From: Vampirovibrio chlorellavorus
Lineage (GTDB): Bacteria; Cyanobacteriota; Vampirovibrionia; Vampirovibrionales; Vampirovibrionaceae
Length of the DNA stretch: 64,000 nucleotides
Direction: 5' to 3'
NCBI GenBank assembly: GCA_001858525.1
Contig: LAPX01000001.1
Coordinates: forward strand, 70,307-134,306
In this document: in pieces, positions 1 to 8,697 of the stretch
How the letters are laid out: each line of letters starts with the position of its first letter
Position numbering within the stretch: the first letter of the stretch is position 1
Notes under the pieces: model-generated
What the model was told of the DNA's origin: nothing
Seen by the model: only the letters and a program-made list of their open reading frames with translations
The model's database searches: none
Program-made: the position numbers and the translations under genes

Positions 1-103
1 AAGCACCCCCAGCAAGCCAGGCAAGTCAGATCCCCCCAAAGAAAACCGTTTTTTAGAACAAAAAGCCCTTTATGAGCCGTTACTGGACAGACATAAATTT
101 GAT

Positions 104-1855
104 TTGCTTCAGGATGCGAGCAAAAAATACATTCAAGCAACCGATGGCGATGCTCGGGTTGCCGCCTATGCCTGGATTTCGAAAATCCTGAACTGCATTT
201 GCTTGCCGCAAGACACTGTCGGCATTGCGTTCCAGCAGCGTCCCCAACAGGAGGGCAGTGAATCCAGCGTCAAGATGAAGCTAAAACTAGCGCCTCAATT
301 TCCGTTCAGCCTATCTGAAAACTGCAAACTCCTCTCCCCCATTATGCAGTCAGAAGAAAAACCCCTGCTCGCGCTGTACCAAAAAAAGGGTGCCTGGGTT
401 CCCTCTGAGGAAGCGGTCGCTCGGGGACAAACGGCCTTACAGTACGACTCTGTTACCACTGACTTACCCTTGGCACGGCAAAAATCGTTAGCCAAATTAA
501 TCCAAACCGTACCCGGCATTAGACTGGAAGTACAGGATTTTCTGGGTAGAACGCCGCTTCATCATGTATCAGAGCAAGGCTATTTACCCATTGTCAACGC
601 ACTGTTAAAAGCTGACGTGAAAAAAGATGGCATTGATACCACGGGTTGCTCCCCCCTGCATTTGGCGGCAGGCAGAGGGCATCAAGATACCATTCAAGCC
701 TTTTTAGACGCAGGAGCCAATCCTGATGTGTGTACATATATTGGTTCGCCGTTGCATTCAGCCGCTTTTGGGGGACATCGTGCAGCGCTACTACAACTCA
801 TCAAGGCAAATGCCGCTACAGAATCAAGAAATCATGAACGAGAAACCCCCTTGCACATAGCAGCCTCTCAAGGACATCTGGGAGTCGTGCAAGCTCTCAT
901 TGAAGCAAAGGCAAACATCAATGCCAAAACACAAGACGCAAGAACACCCATGCATGCCGCTGCGCATAATGGGGTTTTGCCAGTGTTGGAAGCCCTAATT
1001 CAGGCAAAAGGGGATATACAGGCTCAAGATCATGCCGGATGCAGACCCATACATCTGGCCGCCGAGGCTGAAAATCAAGATGTTTTAGAACGACTGCTGG
1101 CACTCGGGTCGCCTGTCAATTCAGTGGACCGCTCAGGATTAACCCCGCTTCATTATGCCGCTGCGATGGGGCATCAAGGGACCGTGAATACATTGCTTCA
1201 TCATAAAGCCAATGTGTTTGCGACTGATCACACCAGAAAAACGCCACTCCATTGGGCCGCTTTACAGGGCCACTCTGAGACTATCAATATCCTGATTGGA
1301 CATCAGGCTGATATAAATGCAAAAGACAAGAGTGGCCAGACCCCACTTCATCTGGCGGCTGCGGAAGGAAAGTTAGACGCACTGAATACCCTGATTTTAG
1401 AACATTACGCTGACATTCTGGAACCAAACAATCAGGAACAAACACCGCTTCATTTGGCAGCGGCTGCCGGTAAGCTGGATGTGGTGAATAGATTGATTGT
1501 ACTTGGGCATGGCATGGGGATGAATATTAATGCACCCGATGAGCAAGGACAAACACCACTTCATCTGGCGGCCTTACGCGGGCGCGCGACTGTTGTGGAG
1601 ACCTTGCTAGGCAACGGGGCTGATCTTCAAGCCACCACATACCACGGTGGCACACCCTTGCATCTGGCGGCCAGTAGTGGAAAAGCGGCAGTGGTAGCCA
1701 CCCTGATTCAAGCTGGGGCCAAGCTGAATGCCCAGGAATTATCTGGTAAAACACCCCTGCACTACGCGAAAAGTCAGGACATCGCAAATATATTACTGGT
1801 CGCTGGTGCCAAGAGGTCCATTAGAGATCATTCTGGGCACGCGTCAGGCTGGTAA
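104..1855 (+). CDS. Ankyrin-repeat protein with about 13 ANK repeats after a ~150-aa N-terminal region. The frame is open back to nt 2, so the gene may start upstream of the window.
   Basis: Reiterated TPLH(L/I/W)AA...G(H/N)..(V/T)..L(L/I)..GA(D/N)(I/V)NA(K/Q)D ankyrin motifs across the ORF. No in-frame stop between nt 2 and the first ATG at 104. Confidence 0.85.
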   Translation: MLQDASKKYIQATDGDARVAAYAWISKILNCICLPQDTVGIAFQQRPQQEGSESSVKMKLKLAPQFPFSLSENCKLLSPIMQSEEKPLLALYQKKGAWVPSEEAVARGQTALQYDSVTTDLPLARQKSLAKLIQTVPGIRLEVQDFLGRTPLHHVSEQGYLPIVNALLKADVKKDGIDTTGCSPLHLAAGRGHQDTIQAFLDAGANPDVCTYIGSPLHSAAFGGHRAALLQLIKANAATESRNHERETPLHIAASQGHLGVVQALIEAKANINAKTQDARTPMHAAAHNGVLPVLEALIQAKGDIQAQDHAGCRPIHLAAEAENQDVLERLLALGSPVNSVDRSGLTPLHYAAAMGHQGTVNTLLHHKANVFATDHTRKTPLHWAALQGHSETINILIGHQADINAKDKSGQTPLHLAAAEGKLDALNTLILEHYADILEPNNQEQTPLHLAAAAGKLDVVNRLIVLGHGMGMNINAPDEQGQTPLHLAALRGRATVVETLLGNGADLQATTYHGGTPLHLAASSGKAAVVATLIQAGAKLNAQELSGKTPLHYAKSQDIANILLVAGAKRSIRDHSGHASGW

Positions 1856-1976
1856 ACAGAATAACAGTCCTGCTTCAACGAGACCCAAACACTTTATACA
1901 TGCCCGTCACCTTTTCATTCGTACAGTTAAACAATACTAACTGCTGAACGATCTCACTAAATTTTTCCGAAAATTA

Positions 1977-4688
1977 TCAGGCAGCCTGGAACTGTGGCGT
2001 TTCTAAGGTTGTCCAGCCTTGATTACTCCACTGGTAGACCTTGCCAGTCACGGGATCAAACACGGTCAGGTTGATCCATTGATTTTCAACCAGATTTCGC
2101 ACGGCTTGACTGGTTTTGATAATTTCCTGAACCCGTTCCAAGGGTGCTTCAATGCAAACCATCAAACGCTGGGGATAATGATAGGGCGCTCCATCGTTGT
2201 CAAAGAGGGACTCATAGGGCAAGCCCAATTGCAAATCACTACCATTACCAATGTAGGTGCCAAACAGACCTACCACATTGTGCACGTATTTTTTGCCACT
2301 GCCAAAGCGACTCTGATTCAAGGTTGAAAAGCCGTATTGCAAATTAATCCAGGCTCCCACCACCATGGGCGCGTTCATAATGGTGGTCAAAATACTGGCA
2401 TCCGAATCGACTTGCCAGTCATAAGAATGCAAGAAGCAACGTCCCTCCAGATCCAGGGATTTAATTGATTCACGGTTACAAATAATAAAGGCCTGATTTT
2501 TGGACAAACCCCATTCCGGACGGGTTTGAGACCAGTCAAAACTCAACTCCTGAGCCTTCTGAGAGTTGGACTGAAACCCAGGTGTGCTGAACCGTTTTTG
2601 CCGGTTCAGACTATTCAGCTGTGTGGCTTGTTCAAACACTTTTTTCAGGGCCAGAAAATGTTGTTGCTGTTGATTCGGAATCACATCCTCATTCAGAAAA
2701 ACAACATCATCCGTGGTCGTATTATGTTCAGCGGCGATAAAGCGGGTATGCTCCGGAATGGCCCAGCCCGCAAGTATGAGGGCCTCCCGAACATCGGGAT
2801 GATTCAGAATTTGGCACAGTACCAGTGCGTTGTAGCCACCGCCATTGGCACCGCAAGCCCCACAATCCAGAGCAGAGGCGTAGGGGTTATTGCGGCTTCG
2901 GGCGTTATGCCCACAGATAATCACAAACTCGGCAAAAGGTTGACGAAATCCCAGCAGCTTCAGAATACCCTTGGCCATTTCCACTTGCTCAGGGATGGCC
3001 ATACCCAGGGTTGAATGAGAATGATTGCAGGTCTGCACATCCAATTTGGGCATCAGTCCCAACAGGGGGCTCAGGGTATTCACCACGGATTGTCTGACCT
3101 TGCCAACCGGTGAAGCCCAGAACGTATCCTTCAACAGGGTTACGGCATGAAACAACCCAAAACTTTCCACGTAAGAAAAAGTGGCAAAGGTGTCTCGTTT
3201 TATTTTTTTCAGAGCGTAAATCCACTGATTCCGCAAGGGAATCCCCTGACGCAACAACTTGCCGATGGGGTTATTTTCCAGGAACGGCGAAGGCGATTCG
3301 GGAATGGTGTACTGAGGCTCTAGCAGAATAGGACAGAGCGGTACGGCCTCGTTGCTGGCATAACTGATTTTTCCGATAGGAAGCCCAAAGAAGCCGGCAA
3401 AGCCATAGGTTTGAATGTTGCCGCAACTTTCCAGAAATTTGCGATACGGCTCAGAACGAACATCAATGCAAAAGACCGCCTGAGCATCGGGATGCATCTG
3501 TACAGGCTTTGCAGCCTGTTTGGGTTGCTGAAGTTGTTGCGTCAAGTTGACCAACAACGAACGGTTTTGAGCACATTCCAAAGCCCGCATCATCAGGGTC
3601 AGGACTTGAAATTCATCCACAATGTCGAAGTAGCGCAGTAACTCTGGAACATGATTCAACAAAATCGACTCACGTTGCGAATGAGCAGCCGACTGGAAGA
3701 AAGCCGCCTGACTGAGAGTGCGCATTCTGGCGCCATATTGCTGTACCAGATCGGAGTCCGCAGTCATCGGTTCCTTGGAAGCGGAGCGGGGCCAATTACT
3801 TTCCACACAAGCAAAGTGATAAATGAAACAAATCAGCAAATAATCGTTCAGCAGATCCTGATGCCTGGGGTTCTGGGTCTGCCGGTACTGAATGTAACCC
3901 ACCCAGCCTGGCATTTGTTTTAGATGAAATTGAATCAAACGGTCCTGATCCTCAACGGATAAATCCGCTTCCAGGCAGAGCTTTTCCAGACTGCCAATGG
4001 CAGAGGCCGGTGCTTCCGCATCCAGAATCAAACCCTTGACCATCGCGCGCATGGCTTTTTTCGTGGCACCCGGCATGCTGTCATCATGCAGCATTAACTT
4101 GGCCCAACTGGCTCGCAAGGGCAACTCCTGATTGGGCATGGCCCAAATGGCTTGCCCCTCATCCAGATAAGCTGCCAGCCACTTGGTGACTTGCTCATGA
4201 ATCCAATGACTCGTCAGGGAAGGGAGCGGCTGATGGTCTTGCAACAAAGCAGGTGGTAAGGCCTCCCGAATGCGGGACTCCATTTGCGCTTGAGTAGTCT
4301 GAGATACTGCCAATTTAACCGCAGTGCCTTCAGACAGAATGATCGAGATTTCATCACGCAAGAGCTGTTTATAGCTGATGGACTGATTCACAAACCCAAT
4401 CTTGTTATCCAGACCCAATTCAGACTGGGCCTCATCCAAGACCCGATCAATATCAGCCAGGGAGAAGGCTTTCTTTTGAAATAATCGGCGTATGACATCC
4501 TGAGCTTCACTCACTGAGAAGCCCAAATCCAGAGAGGCCTCTTTCAAGGCTTGGGCAAAAGGCAAATGTTCAAAAGTCACCAAAGGATTACAGGCATTAA
4601 ATGTTTGCAGTGGCCAAAGTTTACCGTACTTTGACGCATGATGCTGAATGGTAGCCATCAACGATTCGGATGCTTGGGAGTGACTCAT
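1977..4688 (-). CDS. dabA: DabA-type subunit (DUF2309) of a DAB energy-coupled inorganic-carbon uptake complex.
   Basis: 903 aa. Beta-CA-like metal-site motifs FCIDVRSE (C-x-D-x-R) and [24 protein letters not shown] (H...C). Lies immediately downstream of a NuoL/MrpA-like membrane subunit on the same strand. Confidence 0.75.
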   Translation of the reverse strand: [903 protein letters not shown]

Positions 4689-4723
4689 GGGAATTGCTCC
4701 TTTAAGAAGTCAAAAAACTGGCT

Positions 4724-6268
4724 CTAGAAACGGGCTGAAAAAGTGCTCTGCTGTGGGTTTACACCCGCGGCGTTCAAGAAAAAGACATAACACTTTTCTT
4801 TAAGAGACGTTGGTATCGGTAACAGGTTTAAGGTAGCCAACCAGGCTAGGAAACCGGCTATCAGAAAAACCGCATTGGTTAGCGTCAGCAACATTGGCTG
4901 ATCGGAAATTTCTGCCTGATGGAAAGTCGGGAGCGCGCCCACAGCCAACCATTCATACAGTAAATAGGCCCCCACCAGTAACAAACTGAACAGAGTGGCA
5001 ATGGTCAAGCCTTTGATACCGTTGCCCTTGGTTTTAATAATGGTGGTTTGAATAAACAGCGAAGACAGCACCAGAACGCTCAACAACAGGGCAGGCAGTT
5101 GGGCCAGCAAATCTCTCAGACCTTCAATTTGCAGCAGTAGCAACCAGCTTGCCCCAACACTCGCCGCGATAATACCGGCAGTGCGCAAGCGCTGGGGGAC
5201 GGAGCTTTGGGCCTTCTCCGCCTGCTCGTTTTTCACATTGCGAATTGCTTGTCGGTACTCAATCACACTGCCCGCAGACAGAAACAGGCGCGCTTTAAAA
5301 AAGCCGTGAACCACCAAGTGAAAAATGGCCAAGTGAAAGGCGCCCAGTCCGCATTCCATCATCATAAAGCCCATTTGCCCAACGGTGGAAAACGTCAGGT
5401 AACGCTTTACATCCGATTGTACCAACATGGCGGAACTGCCATACAGTGCGGACACCAAACCCATGATCAAAATAAAGGCCATCACGGTTGGTTGGGAGCC
5501 CAACAGCGGCGCTATTTTGGCAAACAGAACGGCCCCGGCGTTCACAAATCCGGCATGCATAATGGCTGAAACCGGTGTGGGGGCTGTCAGGGTATGAACC
5601 AGCCATTTTTGGAATGGAATAATGGCAGTTTTGGAAAAAGCCCCGATGCTCACGAAAAGCAAAGAGAACAACACCGCCTGATTGTGCGGTTGGCCAGCCA
5701 ATGCGTTCCAGTCAGACAAAAACAAGCTATTACTGAGGGTAATGAGACCCGTTACCCCAATGACCAGAAATAAATCGCCGACTAAAAAACGATTCAAGGC
5801 CATGCGAGCTGAGTTAATGGCCGCCGGTGTTTTGGCATGTCCAATCAGAAAATACATCATAATGCCCGAAAACATCCAGGCCCCAACCGTAATCAGGGCG
5901 TGGTTACTCACCACAAAAAGAAGCAAGGAGGCAATTAACAACTTGATTTTCAGAAAAAACAAGGGGTAGTCTGCATCTGTTTGCAGGTAGTGATAAGCAA
6001 ACCGCTTCACCAGCAGCCCCATCAATAAAATGTAGGGCACCAGCAACGCTTGTAGCGGCCCATCCAGAAAATAACCGGTCGATGACCCAGGATACGTGGT
6101 GAAAGACTGAAAACTCCATAAAACGCCCAGAAACAGGGCAATCCAGGCAGACGTTTCACTCCACTGGCGCACTTCGGTACAGGCCCCTCTGGACTTCAGG
6201 AGGTATAAAGCCAGGGCACTGATTCCGTACAGGGCAACAATAGCGACCAATAACAGGTTCAAAACCAT
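4724..6268 (-). CDS. dabB: DabB-type proton-conducting membrane transporter, NuoL/MrpA/NdhF family.
   Basis: 514-aa polytopic membrane protein with NuoL-like helices (e.g. MHAGFVNAGAVLFAKIAPLLG, SVIEYRQAIR). Paired with the DUF2309 gene 35 nt downstream. Confidence 0.75.
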   Translation of the reverse strand: MVLNLLLVAIVALYGISALALYLLKSRGACTEVRQWSETSAWIALFLGVLWSFQSFTTYPGSSTGYFLDGPLQALLVPYILLMGLLVKRFAYHYLQTDADYPLFFLKIKLLIASLLLFVVSNHALITVGAWMFSGIMMYFLIGHAKTPAAINSARMALNRFLVGDLFLVIGVTGLITLSNSLFLSDWNALAGQPHNQAVLFSLLFVSIGAFSKTAIIPFQKWLVHTLTAPTPVSAIMHAGFVNAGAVLFAKIAPLLGSQPTVMAFILIMGLVSALYGSSAMLVQSDVKRYLTFSTVGQMGFMMMECGLGAFHLAIFHLVVHGFFKARLFLSAGSVIEYRQAIRNVKNEQAEKAQSSVPQRLRTAGIIAASVGASWLLLLQIEGLRDLLAQLPALLLSVLVLSSLFIQTTIIKTKGNGIKGLTIATLFSLLLVGAYLLYEWLAVGALPTFHQAEISDQPMLLTLTNAVFLIAGFLAWLATLNLLPIPTSLKEKCYVFFLNAAGVNPQQSTFSARF

Positions 6269-6366
6269 AAAAAGCCGGCCTCAAAAGTAATCTACGATTA
6301 CCGTCAGTATGAGATAAATCTGTCGATAAGTAAAATTAATGATTTTTATATTTTTTATTACAAAAA

Positions 6367-7248
6367 CTAATGGCCTGCCTCGATGGCGGCCAGAGAGTCC
6401 TGAATAAAATCCTGAAAGGCCAGGATTGCCTGAGAGGGCTGAGGCGTAGCCAACAGCTTGATTTGAGTTGCTTCCAGCGCCGGAAGACGTTCCTGCGCAT
6501 GTGAAGAATGTAACAACTCCGGGGGGACACTGGTAATGGGTAAAACGGTAACCCCCAAGCCCCCGCGCACAGCGGCTATGTTTCCGGCGATACTTTGACT
6601 GGTATAAACTTGTTCCCAGCCGATATTGTGTCGCTCCAGCGCTTCAATGGCCCGAGAACGATACACACAGGGCTGAGGGGCAAGAACCAATCGAACGTTA
6701 CCAGCTTCCAGCGCCTGTTCCAGATTATAGCCCTTTCCCTGAATCCACACCAGTGGCTCTTCCCACAGAGGAATGGCTCGTTCCAGCTGATGCGAAGGTT
6801 CCTGCTTGAACACAATCAAGTCATAATCCCCTTGCTCATAGGCTTCCAGCAGCTTGAGGGTCAGTTCACAGTTCACTTCCAGTCGCACCTGCGGGTACAG
6901 GTTGGTGAATCGAGCCAAAATATTGGGCAAATAGACTGTGGCAAAATCCTCCGGGGAGCCGAAACGGATTCGTCCTGCCACGTTGGTTTGGTTAAACTCA
7001 CTGATCAGCCCTTCGTGCTGAAGCAACAAATTCTCGGCCTTGGCCAAAAACGTTTGCCCTTGCGGGGTCAGGTTTACATTCTTCTTGGCCCGATCGATCA
7101 ACGCCACTCCCAGCAGGGCTTCCAGCTTTTGGATTTGCTGGCTAACAGCAGATTGACTTAGCCCAACCTGATTGGCCGCCTTGGTAAACTGACCGGCATA
7201 GGCCAGCTTAACGAAGGTATAGAGCAACTGGGGATCAATAAATTTCAT
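6367..7248 (-). CDS. LysR-family transcriptional regulator.
   Basis: N-terminal HTH LLYTFVKLAYAGQFTKAANQVGLSQSAVSQQIQKLE. 293 aa with a typical LysR substrate-binding domain. Confidence 0.9.
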   Translation of the reverse strand: MKFIDPQLLYTFVKLAYAGQFTKAANQVGLSQSAVSQQIQKLEALLGVALIDRAKKNVNLTPQGQTFLAKAENLLLQHEGLISEFNQTNVAGRIRFGSPEDFATVYLPNILARFTNLYPQVRLEVNCELTLKLLEAYEQGDYDLIVFKQEPSHQLERAIPLWEEPLVWIQGKGYNLEQALEAGNVRLVLAPQPCVYRSRAIEALERHNIGWEQVYTSQSIAGNIAAVRGGLGVTVLPITSVPPELLHSSHAQERLPALEATQIKLLATPQPSQAILAFQDFIQDSLAAIEAGH

Positions 7249-7268
7249 CAGGCGCTTTCAGGCAAGAT

Positions 7269-7949
7269 TCAAGGTACCTGTTTTTCAATCTGACCCAGGG
7301 TCATATCAGGGCGAACTTCTTCTTCCAGATTGGCGATGACCGCAGACAGGGGTTCTGGTTTACAAGAGAAGGGGTCAATCAGCATGGTTTCCCCGCTTTG
7401 CAAGCGGTACTTCCAGCCATACAAATGAAGAGCCCCCGCTTCCAGACGTTTGGCCACTTCCGGGTAGGTCGCCAGGTTCTGCAATTGTTGAATAACATTC
7501 CGACGAATCAACTCATTCAAACATTCATCCAAATCCTGATGAACTTCCAGCGAATCAAGAACCTCCAAATTAGGTGCCAACCACTGATAAATCGAAGACT
7601 CCTGTGGTAAATCCTTCAGACTGAACATGGCCTTCAAGGCAGCGCAGTCGGTATGACCACAAACAATAATATGGTGAACATTCAGCATGGTTAGCGCAAA
7701 CTCTATGGCAGCAGCTTCACTACTGCTTCCCCCCACCTGGTATTTGGGTATCAAATTCCCAGGGTTTTTGACAACAAAAAGCGTCCCGGGGGGCGACTGA
7801 GTAATGATGGCTGGCTCCACCCGCGAATCGCAGCAGGTAAACATCAAGGCCACCGGATGCTGCTCGTGAGACAAAGGTTGAAAAAATTCCTTGTTCGGCT
7901 CAAATACCTTATCTTTAAAGACGATGGTGCCTTCTGCCAGCCTTTTCAT
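7269..7949 (-). CDS. Beta-class carbonic anhydrase.
   Basis: CCDSRVEP (CxDxR) and HTDCAAL (HxxC) zinc-ligand motifs. 226 aa. Confidence 0.85.
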   Translation of the reverse strand: MKRLAEGTIVFKDKVFEPNKEFFQPLSHEQHPVALMFTCCDSRVEPAIITQSPPGTLFVVKNPGNLIPKYQVGGSSSEAAAIEFALTMLNVHHIIVCGHTDCAALKAMFSLKDLPQESSIYQWLAPNLEVLDSLEVHQDLDECLNELIRRNVIQQLQNLATYPEVAKRLEAGALHLYGWKYRLQSGETMLIDPFSCKPEPLSAVIANLEEEVRPDMTLGQIEKQVP

Positions 7950-8159
7950 GGATGAATGTTGCCTCTTTTTTTAGCCTTTTCCCCAATCATACTACGGTCC
8001 AGCCGTAAAGCTGTCCAGCATCCAGTCGCACTGGCGCTGACACTGGAAGAGGGAAGCCTATTCATGCTTAAAAGCTGTCTCACTAAAGCGTGTTACCATT
8101 CCACAGTCAAAAACTGCCACTCGTTCCCCGATGGCCTATTTAGTTTCAATTAGTGCTGC

Positions 8160-8618
8160 TTAGTCGTCCGAATCGGCCAGGCGTTGCTGATAGGTAGCCA
8201 AGGCCAGGGAGACCAAATCCTGAAAGGCTACAGAGGCTTTTTCCGCGCCGTAATTTTCATGGTACTCGGCGGTGAATAAACCAATCAGCCCGGCCAGCAC
8301 TTCAAAGACGGCCTGGGTATCAATTTCATCATCGTCATCGGTACAATTTTCCAGCAAAAGCGGGTACAGTTCTCCCATAATATCCAGGGCCAAATCGCTC
8401 TGAAATTCAGGAGCTGCCGGTTCTTCGGGCGTGGCTTTGCGAGCAAAGGCATCCCCTTTGGCACTCACACTAGCGGTCACCGTTTTCTGATTCGAGCCCT
8501 TTTGACTGGTTTCTTTTGAGCTCGTGGCTTTTTGACTCGTGCCCTTTTTACTCGTTTCCTTGGTTTTCTCTCCGGAACCACTGCCCTTTTTTACTGCCAT
8601 TTCCGCCTCCCGAATCAC
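8160..8618 (-). CDS. Hypothetical protein with a K/S/T-rich basic N-terminus and an acidic C-terminal domain. The start may be the internal MAVKKG.
   Basis: ORF only. Compositionally biased N-terminus (KTKETSKKGTSQKATSSKETSQKG). No recognisable family. Confidence 0.45.
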   Translation of the reverse strand: MIREAEMAVKKGSGSGEKTKETSKKGTSQKATSSKETSQKGSNQKTVTASVSAKGDAFARKATPEEPAAPEFQSDLALDIMGELYPLLLENCTDDDDEIDTQAVFEVLAGLIGLFTAEYHENYGAEKASVAFQDLVSLALATYQQRLADSDD

Positions 8619-8697
8619 ATAATTTTTAGCCAGTTTACCTGTTTTCCGGCATCCGTGCTAGCCCTGAGCCCGGTCTATAAAATAGCCCTCAGCGGTC

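Noticed and set aside
7950-8159. Possible promoter or LysR box upstream of the carbonic-anhydrase gene.
   Set aside because: Candidate -35/-10 hexamers (TTGACT...TTTAGT; TATGAT) have poor spacing or poor match. No clear T-N11-A dyad. Too weak to call.
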